Positions 21,556 through 29,747 of a DNA stretch of 64,000 nt are shown here, piece after piece. The notes below the pieces were generated by a model. It worked only from the letters and a program-made list of their open reading frames with translations. It ran no database searches and had not been told where the DNA came from. The stretch lies in NCBI GenBank assembly GCA_016214885.1, contig JACRMP010000005.1, positions 6,725-70,724 on the forward strand, in the 5' to 3' direction. The stretch comes from Candidatus Gottesmanbacteria bacterium. GTDB taxonomy: Bacteria > Patescibacteriota > Microgenomatia > UBA10105 > UBA927. Each line of letters opens with the position of its first letter. Positions within the stretch are counted from its first letter, which is position 1. A program made the position numbers and the translations under genes.

Positions 21556-22971
21556 ATGACTCACGACCCACAGGCGAGACCATCACCTCACGCACCGTTA
21601 AGCGGATTATTCCGCGGTGTTGCCATAGGACTTGTCCTTCTTTTTATCTCTATCGGCGTAGGGCTCTCTGTATATGACGCATATTATGAAGAAAAAATTT
21701 ATCCCAACGTGGTCATTGACGGCATAAACTTCGGCGGCAAAACAAGGGAAGAGGTAAAATCATACTGGCAAAACCAGAACATCCCGTTTGCCAAGGCGGT
21801 GTTTGAGTTCAAATTTGAGGGAGAAATCGCCACAATTTCAGGATCTGCGCTTGATCTTGGCTACGACGCAACCCTCTCCGCCACCCAGGCGTATGAAACA
21901 GGACGCAGCGGCAACTGGCTACGGGACTTCACAACAAAATTTTTACGGGGCACTATACACCTTACCCCGTATTTCCGATGGAAATCAGGCCTCGTTGAAG
22001 AAACACTTACCCAAGCGGCCGGCAGAATTGATGTCCCGGTGCAGGAAGCGCTATTTAAATTCGATAACGGCAAAGTAACGACATTCCGTGCGTCTAAAAA
22101 CGGACGCGCAGTACAAAAAGAAGAAGCGCTTGCCCGGTTTGAATCGGCGGTCAAAGCGCTGCCACACGCACCCCAAATGCATGTGGTCATAAACATCCCA
22201 GTTTATACTATCCAACCCACCGCCACGACGGAAAAAGTAAATTCGTTCGGCATCAAAGAGCTTATCGGACGCGGCTACTCTGAATTTACCGGGTCAATTC
22301 CGGGAAGAATCCACAATGTGGCACTCGCCGCGTCCCGCTTAAACGGTATACTTATTCCTCCGGGTGAAACGTTTTCTTTCGTCGATGCAATAGGAGATAT
22401 ATCTGCCGCCACCGGCTACCAATCCGCATATATCATCAAAGAAGGACGTACCGTGCTTGGTGACGGAGGAGGGGTATGTCAGGTAAGCACGACGCTGTTC
22501 CGCTCTGCTCTTGCTGCAGGACTCCCTATTGTGGAGCGCCATGCCCATGCATACCGCGTGCATTATTATGAAGAGGCCGGCTACAAAGCCGGAATAGATG
22601 CTACTGTTTTTTCCCCGACTGTCGATCTCAAGATCAAAAACGATACACCGGCACACATCCTCATCCAAACCAAAACGGACACTAAAAATCTTACTCTTAC
22701 GTTTGAGCTGTATGGTACCCACGACGGAAGAAGCAGTGAAATACTTAATCACATAGTCTACGGCGAATCGTCACCTCCGCCACCGCTTTATCAGGATGAT
22801 CCGACGCTTGCCCCGGGGGTTATACGGCAGGTCGATTGGGCAGCCTGGGGAGCAAAAGCATCATTTACCTACCGGGTTACCCGCGGCAATGAAGTGCTTC
22901 AGAACACCACCTTCAACTCAAACTACCGGCCATGGCAGGCAGTATATCTGCGGGGAGTGGCGGCACAATGA
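21556..22971 (+). CDS. VanW-family protein with peptidoglycan-binding domain
   Basis: NGILIPPGETFSF, GGGVCQVSTTLFR, GIDATVF; exact start uncertain. Confidence 0.9.
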   Translation: MTHDPQARPSPHAPLSGLFRGVAIGLVLLFISIGVGLSVYDAYYEEKIYPNVVIDGINFGGKTREEVKSYWQNQNIPFAKAVFEFKFEGEIATISGSALDLGYDATLSATQAYETGRSGNWLRDFTTKFLRGTIHLTPYFRWKSGLVEETLTQAAGRIDVPVQEALFKFDNGKVTTFRASKNGRAVQKEEALARFESAVKALPHAPQMHVVINIPVYTIQPTATTEKVNSFGIKELIGRGYSEFTGSIPGRIHNVALAASRLNGILIPPGETFSFVDAIGDISAATGYQSAYIIKEGRTVLGDGGGVCQVSTTLFRSALAAGLPIVERHAHAYRVHYYEEAGYKAGIDATVFSPTVDLKIKNDTPAHILIQTKTDTKNLTLTFELYGTHDGRSSEILNHIVYGESSPPPPLYQDDPTLAPGVIRQVDWAAWGAKASFTYRVTRGNEVLQNTTFNSNYRPWQAVYLRGVAAQ

Positions 22972-23384
22972 AAAAAGTTCTGGTCGGCGGCTGTTTTGAT
23001 GTCATTCATTTCGGCCACGTTGATTTTCTGATGTCTGCCAAAAAACTTGGAGACTATCTGGTGGTGGCGCTGGAATCGGATGAAAATGTACGCCACATGA
23101 AAGGTGAATCCCGGCCAATTCATACCCAATCACAACGGAAAGCTATGCTTACAGCCCTTAAAGCAGTCGATGAAGTAATTCTTCTTCCCCCGCTTAAAAC
23201 GGACGAAGATTATGCAAAGCTTGTCCGTTCCGTAAACCCTTCGGTGATTGCTCTTACTGAAGGAGATCCCATGGAAAATAAAAAACGGGCACATGCAGAC
23301 AGCATCCATGCCGCAGTTGTCGTCATACCCAAAATACACACGCCATCCACCTCTCAACTTACAAAACTTCTGGGTCTCGAGTAA
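22968..23384 (+). CDS. cytidylyltransferase-family protein (RfaE/TagD/FAD synthase-like)
   Basis: GGCFDVIHFGH (HxGH), KGESRP, STS. Confidence 0.88.
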   Translation: MKKVLVGGCFDVIHFGHVDFLMSAKKLGDYLVVALESDENVRHMKGESRPIHTQSQRKAMLTALKAVDEVILLPPLKTDEDYAKLVRSVNPSVIALTEGDPMENKKRAHADSIHAAVVVIPKIHTPSTSQLTKLLGLE

Positions 23385-23394
23385 AATACGACTC

Positions 23395-24447
23395 ATGAAG
23401 ATCCTTGCCATCGAATCATCGTGCGATGAGACTGCGGCGTCCGTCGTAGTTGATGGCGTCCGAGTACTCAGTAATGTTGTCGCAAGTAGCCGGCAAATGC
23501 ATGAAAAATACGGCGGCATTGTACCGGAAGTTGCCGCCCGCATGCAGTTATCCTCCATTATTCCCACTATCACTGAAGCCTTGCTCCCTATAGGTGACCC
23601 GTCAGAATCATTACTACACCGTATCACCAAACACATAGATGCCATAGCGGTCACCATAGGGCCAGGGCTCATCGGCTCGCTGCTTGTCGGAGTAGAAACG
23701 GCAAAAACCATTGCCATGGCAACCCGCAAACCGGTTATCCCCGTCAATCATGTGCTCGCTCATATGTACGCAAACTTTATTGATACCCGTAATCCTATTC
23801 AGTTCCCGGCAATTTCTCTGGTCGTTTCCGGCGGACACACCGAGCTCTACCTTATGGAATCCCCGGAAAAACTCACCTGGTTAGGCGGCACCATAGACGA
23901 TGCAGCGGGAGAATGCTTTGATAAAACAGCCAGACTTCTGGGCTTTGGGCATGGAGGAGGAGTTGCCATACAGAATGCAGCCCGGTTAAGCCGCAGCATA
24001 GGTAAACCGGTGCTTCCGCGGCCGATGCTAGATAAAGAAAACGCGCTGAACTTTTCGTTCAGCGGCTTAAAGACGGCAATACTCCGGCAAACCCAAAAAC
24101 TCCAATCGGCTGGTCTTTGGAACGATGTTGCCATTGCAGATCTTTCGTATGAAGTTCAGGAAGCAATCACTGACGTACTGGTGAAAAAAACACTCCGGGC
24201 GTTAAACTTGCATCACGCATCAACCATACTTCTATCCGGAGGAGTATCTGCAAATACCCGCCTAAGAGAAAAATTCAATGAGCGAATACAGGAAACCGGT
24301 ATGGCAATTACCCTTCACGCACCTCCGGTACCGCTGTGCACGGATAATGCGGTATACATAGGAAGCTACGCACATTTCCGGGGGAATCCGGTATCATGGC
24401 AAGAAATTAACGCATTTCCTGATTTATCGGTGGAAGTAAGGAGCTGA
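23395..24447 (+). CDS. tsaD: tRNA N6-adenosine threonylcarbamoyltransferase
   Basis: MKILAIESSCDET, GGIVPEVAAR, VSGGHT, FSFSGLKT, CTDNA. Confidence 0.97.
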   Translation: MKILAIESSCDETAASVVVDGVRVLSNVVASSRQMHEKYGGIVPEVAARMQLSSIIPTITEALLPIGDPSESLLHRITKHIDAIAVTIGPGLIGSLLVGVETAKTIAMATRKPVIPVNHVLAHMYANFIDTRNPIQFPAISLVVSGGHTELYLMESPEKLTWLGGTIDDAAGECFDKTARLLGFGHGGGVAIQNAARLSRSIGKPVLPRPMLDKENALNFSFSGLKTAILRQTQKLQSAGLWNDVAIADLSYEVQEAITDVLVKKTLRALNLHHASTILLSGGVSANTRLREKFNERIQETGMAITLHAPPVPLCTDNAVYIGSYAHFRGNPVSWQEINAFPDLSVEVRS

Positions 24448-24943
24448 TAATTTCCGCTTCCTCCCTACTCCAGGGAGAATACGGATCAGGATTATTTTTG
24501 ATATCAGCAAGAAATGCCCCCCACTCCATCCATTTCCACTCTTCGGTTTCTAGGAGGTTAGGGATTGGATCATTGTCGGTAAATCCCACCAGGATAGGAC
24601 AAATTTCGTTTTCGACAATCCCGTTTTTATCCGCGAACCGGTACCGGTAGGGAGCAATCTCACGCAGTGTTACCCCGGTAATTCCCAGTTCTTCTTTTAA
24701 CCTTCGCTCCGCTGCGGCCACGGGTGTTTCATTAACTGACAAATGTCCACATACCGCGTTAGTCCAGACCCCGGGAAATGTTTTCTTCGTGGAAGCCCGC
24801 TTGGTAAGCAATACCTGATTTTTAGTATTAAACAAAAATAACGAAAACGCCCGGTGAAGCGGAGTGTCTTTGGTATGCACCGTATCTTTATCCGCGGTGC
24901 CGATTGGCATATTAGCATCATCAACTAAAACAACTAATTCCAT
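24407..24943 (-). CDS. idi: isopentenyl-diphosphate isomerase type 1
   Basis: HTKDTPLHRAFS, WTNAVCGH, ENEICP, YSPW. Confidence 0.95.
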   Translation of the reverse strand: MELVVLVDDANMPIGTADKDTVHTKDTPLHRAFSLFLFNTKNQVLLTKRASTKKTFPGVWTNAVCGHLSVNETPVAAAERRLKEELGITGVTLREIAPYRYRFADKNGIVENEICPILVGFTDNDPIPNLLETEEWKWMEWGAFLADIKNNPDPYSPWSREEAEIISSLLPPINQEMR

Positions 24944-24981
24944 ATGTGTAGTAGTGAATTAAAAAATATATAGTATCACCT

Positions 24982-25031
24982 TGGTGAGTCAGCTTGGGAT
25001 CATCCCCTCGACATCTATCTTATAGCGGATA
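24982..25031 (-). pseudogene. degenerate 3'-half copy of tRNA-Ile ending in ACCA
   Basis: Shares tataagatagatgtc and gatcccaagctgac with the intact tRNA; 5' strand of the T arm replaced. Confidence 0.8.
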
Positions 25032-25046
25032 CGTATTTATTGTAAG

Positions 25047-25118
25047 TGGGTCAGCTTGGGATCGGACCAAGGACATCTATCTTATAAGGATAGCGCTCTA
25101 CCACTGAGCTACTGACCC
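25047..25118 (-). tRNA. tRNA-Ile (anticodon TAT)
   Basis: Cloverleaf: acceptor GGGTCAG/CTGACCC, D stem GCTC/GAGC, anticodon stem CTATC/GATAG with loop CT-TAT-AA, T stem CTTGG/CCAAG (atypical loop TCCGATC). Confidence 0.9.
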
Positions 25119-25354
25119 TAAATTCTTAATTTTAAAAATCTTCTACCAAATCCTGTTTTAAAATACTTTTCTCGTTTAATTGCCTTCTTTTCATCTAAAC
25201 ATGCTTCATAATATATCAAATCAAACGGTCTTCTGTGTTTCGTTGAATTAACGCCACCTTTATTATGCTCATTAATCCTTCTTCTTAAATCATTACAAAA
25301 ACCTATATATAAATCATTATCTTTACGACTTCGCAATACGTATGTATAAAACAT
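25118..25354 (-). CDS. small stand-alone GIY-YIG nuclease
   Basis: FYTYVL..LYIG..DLRRRINEHN..YYEA..AIKREKYFK; AT-rich; stop codon overlaps tRNA base 1. Confidence 0.92.
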   Translation of the reverse strand: MFYTYVLRSRKDNDLYIGFCNDLRRRINEHNKGGVNSTKHRRPFDLIYYEACLDEKKAIKREKYFKTGFGRRFLKLRI

Positions 25355-25355
25355 A

Positions 25356-25419
25356 CACTGACCTGCCCGCAACGCCTGAGCAAGCTCATGCTTGCGATGG
25401 CGGGCGGGGCTACTGACCC
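25356..25419 (-). repeat. 5' fragment of tRNA-Ile (17 nt) interrupted by a 47-bp GC-rich palindrome
   Basis: GGGTCAGTAGC (25419-25409) + palindrome 25362-25408 + TCAGTG (25361-25356). Confidence 0.85.
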
Positions 25420-25463
25420 GGGGTACGGTATAGATTGTATCAAAGGAGAAGAACGCGTGCTAC

Positions 25464-26861
25464 CTAGGGCTGTAGGAGTTCTTCCATGCGGGCTTCGATC
25501 TCGAGGGAGCGCTTTTTATTTTTTGCAAAAATAATAAATGAAAACTTCTGCATACGCAGCAAATTTTCACTGGTAAGAATTAAGCCCTCTTTTGTGTCCT
25601 TATCAAACAATATCGGATGTAACCGCTCTTTGAGACTCAAAAACGTTTGCCGCTTAAGCTGTGGGATCATGTAGCCATTATTGGAAAAAAGATACGTATC
25701 AAACATAAAATTATCTCCAAAAAGCGCAACCGCCGTCGTATACACAAACGTTCCGCCGGTGCTTCTTACATTGGATTCCGCAACATATATTTCACCGTTT
25801 TTTCCTGCAACATAATCCACATCAAAATATCCACGGTAACCGCTGGCCGCAAACCGCTCCGCTATATAAAATCCGGTATCCTTAATCCGCGCCGCCACCC
25901 GTTCCGGCATTATGTCGTGACCGATTTCAATACCGTGGAAAGCACCCTCCTTGGTTACTAGCACCCCACAGTGATACAGGAAATCAATGTGTCCGTTTCT
26001 GTTAATTTTAAATTCCACATTCGGGTTACCTCCGGCTATCGTACTGCTTATCTGAATTAATTTTTCTATGATAATCGGAAACTGCTGCCAATATGCATCC
26101 TTATTAAGCAGGGCATAAATTTTTGCCTGGCATGCATGATACTCATTTGGCAAATCCCCTTCCCTGAATATTTCCACTCCCATGCCAGAATGCCCTTTAT
26201 TTGTTTTTATGACTACTCCCTGTTCTTTCACATACCGTATCGCGGCAATTTTTGATGCGTCCTCTATGCCGAAACAGATAACACCATCTGCCATTTTAAA
26301 GTCAGGCTCTTCATTGCCGCTTTGTTGGGCAAGCTGACGGATACCTGACTTACTGCCATAAAAATTAACCGTCCAGGCATCCTCCTCATCGGGAGCTTCA
26401 GGCGTCACGATGGTTAACCCTTTCTCACGAAGCGCCTTCACGAGATATAAAAACGGTTGGCTCACCGAATAGCTTGTCATCGTAAGTTTCTTAGATGAAT
26501 TTGCCGCTTCGACCAACGAATTCATAATAGACGGATCGTGCAGGATATCTTCACAGATTACTCCGCTATGTTGTGCGGTCGTCAACACACTTAAACGGGT
26601 ATTGGGGAAAAGTGAACGGAAATAATCCAGAAATTCCTTGCTTACTCCCTGGGGGGTAATATATAAAACGTCGTTATCCTCACCGGAGAACTGGAACATC
26701 CGAACGTCTCCCAAATAGCCGTTTTCCACAATTTCCGCAGACTTTGCATTCGGGTCGGACATGGCAGAGATAAACGGCCATACGTCTTCCGACATGTTAA
26801 AAATGTAGACTAAAACGTTATGTTTTTTTTCGGAGGAAGTATCCTCAGGAAGTTGACTCAT
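25464..26861 (-). CDS. ATP-grasp-fold protein (putative amide/peptide ligase)
   Basis: VIKTNKGHSGMGV, IIIEKLI, YRGYFDVDY, ESNVRSTGG. Confidence 0.75.
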   Translation of the reverse strand: MSQLPEDTSSEKKHNVLVYIFNMSEDVWPFISAMSDPNAKSAEIVENGYLGDVRMFQFSGEDNDVLYITPQGVSKEFLDYFRSLFPNTRLSVLTTAQHSGVICEDILHDPSIMNSLVEAANSSKKLTMTSYSVSQPFLYLVKALREKGLTIVTPEAPDEEDAWTVNFYGSKSGIRQLAQQSGNEEPDFKMADGVICFGIEDASKIAAIRYVKEQGVVIKTNKGHSGMGVEIFREGDLPNEYHACQAKIYALLNKDAYWQQFPIIIEKLIQISSTIAGGNPNVEFKINRNGHIDFLYHCGVLVTKEGAFHGIEIGHDIMPERVAARIKDTGFYIAERFAASGYRGYFDVDYVAGKNGEIYVAESNVRSTGGTFVYTTAVALFGDNFMFDTYLFSNNGYMIPQLKRQTFLSLKERLHPILFDKDTKEGLILTSENLLRMQKFSFIIFAKNKKRSLEIEARMEELLQP

Positions 26862-26940
26862 GAATAAAATTTATTATCGAATATTTAGAGAGCATTACAT
26901 GTTTTTTTTCTAATGTAAAGAGAGGAGTTAAGAAGATGCG

Positions 26941-29289
26941 TTATAACCGGGCACGTTCCTGTATTTCCGCTTCGATTAATTCACGCGCCTGCCCGTATTT
27001 AAGCCGCGACAACTGGATAATGGCTGCAGCCACATCCCTGTTTCTCTCGGCATTAACAACCGTCATATCTTTAGACAAATCCACACTAAACGGTTTCACC
27101 GGCTCGTTGTGCACAATTGTTTTAACATATGCGTTGAATTTGTCTATATTGATTAAATCAATTTCATTAAATGTCGGCTGGAATTCGTGTTGGAGATAAT
27201 TGGCATCGGTGACACCGACACGGAATGTTATGAGAGTTCCGACGTTTCCGAATACGGCGTTCTTCACTTCTTCTTCCATTTGTCCGATAAATTGGTTGGC
27301 TACGGTAAGGCTTAACCGGTATTTACGAGCCTCGGACAAAATCTGCGCAAAATCTGGGGTGGCAAAATTCTGGAACTCATCGACATACAGGTAAAAGTCA
27401 CGCCGCTTTTCCTCGGGAACATCCTGTCTGCTCATCGCGGCGATAAGAATACGCGGAACCAAAATTAATCCCAGGAAATTGCTGTTTTCTTCGCCCAATT
27501 TTCCCTTAGAGAGATTTACCAGTAAGATTTTCCCCTCATCCATGACCTTACGGAAGTTAAAGCTTGATTCCGACTGCCCAATGATGTTGCGCATGAGTTT
27601 ATTGGTGACGAAACGTCCGAATTTGGAAACGATATAATCCAACACCTCAGACTTATGGAAGTCAGCGGTCTGTGCAATCTGATCCGTCCAGTATCTTCTG
27701 ATGATCGGATCCTGCACCTTGGGCAACAGCTCCTGTACAAAATTGGCGTCTGTTAATATACGCACCACTTCAATAAAGGTGGTGCCCGGCTCATACATTA
27801 CCGTCAACATGGCGTTTCTTACCGCGTGTTCAAACCGCGGACCGATAATACCGGTTTTCTGCGGATCATAAAGCTTGTACATAAGTCCGACGATACTCGT
27901 TACCACAAAATGCTTCTGCTCCTCAGTTTCTGCCTCTAACATGTTAAGACCCATCGGCCGCTCACCGTCGGACGGATCAAAATAAATAACGTCTTCCGCG
28001 CGTTCCGGCGGAATACGGGTTAAAATACCGTCGATTAAATCTCCGTGGGGATCAATAACGGCAAGTCCCTTGCCCGCTTTTACATCCTGGATGACCAACT
28101 CTTCAAGCATTTGTGATTTTCCGGTACCCGTTTTTCCGATAACATAAATATGCCGCCTTCTGTCGTCATCCCCAATAAATATCGGCCTGTCTACGCCGCG
28201 GTACCTCGAAACACCAACATATAAACCACTCGATGCTATCTGCATCGGTGCAGGTGCACGTTTGGCATTCAGCCAAAAAATATGAGGAGTCTCAATCGAT
28301 TTATTCGGTAAATGATAAATGGTTGCCAATTCATCGCTGTTTAAAACACCGTACTGCTTAAACATCGGCAAATTCACCATGGGGAAATACCGGTATATAA
28401 AGTCGATCATAAAAAACTTCTTCATCGGATGCTTCACCTTGGAAAAGTGGTTGTGATCCGACGTATATTGGTGAAATGACGTAAGCAGGTTCTCAAGGTG
28501 CGCATCAGCCGCTTCCTTGGTGGCGGCGGATACAACCAGCCGGATGACGGTATTAAATCCCGGCTTAGATACTTTTTGTTCTATGGATTCCAATGTTTTA
28601 GCGTCTACCTTAAAACTTGCCTTCTCAGGATTGGCTTCATTCTTTTTTGTTTTAGAAATATACGATCTCCCTAAACTGCTCCACTTGCTTCCTGCGGGCT
28701 GGATAAGCACCTGGATCACCGCTCCCTCACCCTCTGCCATTTTGGCCAACACGCTGGTAATGGATGATAATGGATCAATGGGTAAATCACGGAATACCCT
28801 GATAGGCAGATAGTCGGAATTTTTCGGAGTAAGAGCTGCAAACGCTACTTTGCCGTTTTCAGAAAATATGTTGTATTCATCAACAATTTTTACATCTGCA
28901 CCCGGATATGAACCGTGAATCTGCTTTTCTACAAGATCGATAAACCGTTTGGGAGCTGCTATATAAAACCGTATGTCTTCCCTTTTGGCGACGATCTCAA
29001 ACGATATATGATCTTGCGGCTTGAGGAATGACCAGAATCCTCCGTGATACATAGCGTGCAGGCTGGCGAACATTTGTTCAGCGGCGTCAATTTTTATTTC
29101 ATTGTCACGCGGCGTTGCCACCTGCATGAGTGTATATTCCATTGATCGCTTCTCGCGGTCACGGTATTTCCATGCCAAAAATAATACATAGCCCAACACG
29201 GCAAACCCGATGAGACAAAAGGTAAGGATAAGCAGTGCTACTCCCAGCACTTCAAGTTGATACACAATATCGGCAAATTCGAGCGGCAT
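26941..29289 (-). CDS. VirD4/TraG/HerA-like ATPase (type IV coupling-protein family)
   Basis: RHIYVIGKTGTGKS, VIDPHGDL, LYVDEFQNF, EARKYRL..ANQ. Confidence 0.9.
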   Translation of the reverse strand: MPLEFADIVYQLEVLGVALLILTFCLIGFAVLGYVLFLAWKYRDREKRSMEYTLMQVATPRDNEIKIDAAEQMFASLHAMYHGGFWSFLKPQDHISFEIVAKREDIRFYIAAPKRFIDLVEKQIHGSYPGADVKIVDEYNIFSENGKVAFAALTPKNSDYLPIRVFRDLPIDPLSSITSVLAKMAEGEGAVIQVLIQPAGSKWSSLGRSYISKTKKNEANPEKASFKVDAKTLESIEQKVSKPGFNTVIRLVVSAATKEAADAHLENLLTSFHQYTSDHNHFSKVKHPMKKFFMIDFIYRYFPMVNLPMFKQYGVLNSDELATIYHLPNKSIETPHIFWLNAKRAPAPMQIASSGLYVGVSRYRGVDRPIFIGDDDRRRHIYVIGKTGTGKSQMLEELVIQDVKAGKGLAVIDPHGDLIDGILTRIPPERAEDVIYFDPSDGERPMGLNMLEAETEEQKHFVVTSIVGLMYKLYDPQKTGIIGPRFEHAVRNAMLTVMYEPGTTFIEVVRILTDANFVQELLPKVQDPIIRRYWTDQIAQTADFHKSEVLDYIVSKFGRFVTNKLMRNIIGQSESSFNFRKVMDEGKILLVNLSKGKLGEENSNFLGLILVPRILIAAMSRQDVPEEKRRDFYLYVDEFQNFATPDFAQILSEARKYRLSLTVANQFIGQMEEEVKNAVFGNVGTLITFRVGVTDANYLQHEFQPTFNEIDLINIDKFNAYVKTIVHNEPVKPFSVDLSKDMTVVNAERNRDVAAAIIQLSRLKYGQARELIEAEIQERARL

Positions 29290-29293
29290 AATA

Positions 29294-29734
29294 TTATTCA
29301 GTAGTTGACCGTGTTGTTTTTCCTTTTGCGGAGGTAAGCAATATGTGCGCCTGCTTGAGCTGGCGTTCACACCACTCAGCCAGCCAACGCCACGAACTCA
29401 TGAGACTCTGATGAAGCCCCTGTGCTATCTGGTCATCGGTAAGAGGAAGGGTAATCGCTGCTACCTGCGAGGCGGGAGGAGCCGCCGGCCCCACTGCACT
29501 AACCCCCATTTTTTGGACAATATGCGGCAACTCTATACTATCTGACTTCATGGAAACACCCGCCATTCTGACTTCGGGGGATAATTCAGTATCTTTTCCC
29601 ACTTCTGCCATCAGAGGAGCCTCGACTGCACCGACTATCGGCGCCACTTCCTTTGCCATGCTTCCCACCACACCGGCCGGCTGCGGGTTTACCGGCGGGG
29701 ATGTATTTGACTTAGCATTGGGCAGATCATCCAT
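29294..29734 (-). CDS. hypothetical protein
   Basis: Pro-rich N-terminus, LPLTDDQI..SWRWLAEWC; upstream of the ATPase in the same orientation. Confidence 0.7.
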   Translation of the reverse strand: MDDLPNAKSNTSPPVNPQPAGVVGSMAKEVAPIVGAVEAPLMAEVGKDTELSPEVRMAGVSMKSDSIELPHIVQKMGVSAVGPAAPPASQVAAITLPLTDDQIAQGLHQSLMSSWRWLAEWCERQLKQAHILLTSAKGKTTRSTTE

Positions 29735-29747
29735 ATTTATTATTCTA

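Noticed and set aside
24982-25118. Repeated gtcagcttgggatc/gacatctatcttata as a possible CRISPR or tandem tRNA pair
   Set aside because: Only two copies, fully explained as a tRNA plus a decayed 3' half that cannot fold into a cloverleaf.
25118-25419. Group I intron in tRNA with a homing endonuclease
   Set aside because: A complete uninterrupted tRNA is present and there is no room for a ribozyme core.
26941-29289. VirD4-like ATPase as evidence of a conjugative element
   Set aside because: No relaxase or mating-pair genes nearby and host-like composition; such ATPases are common chromosomal genes in CPR.
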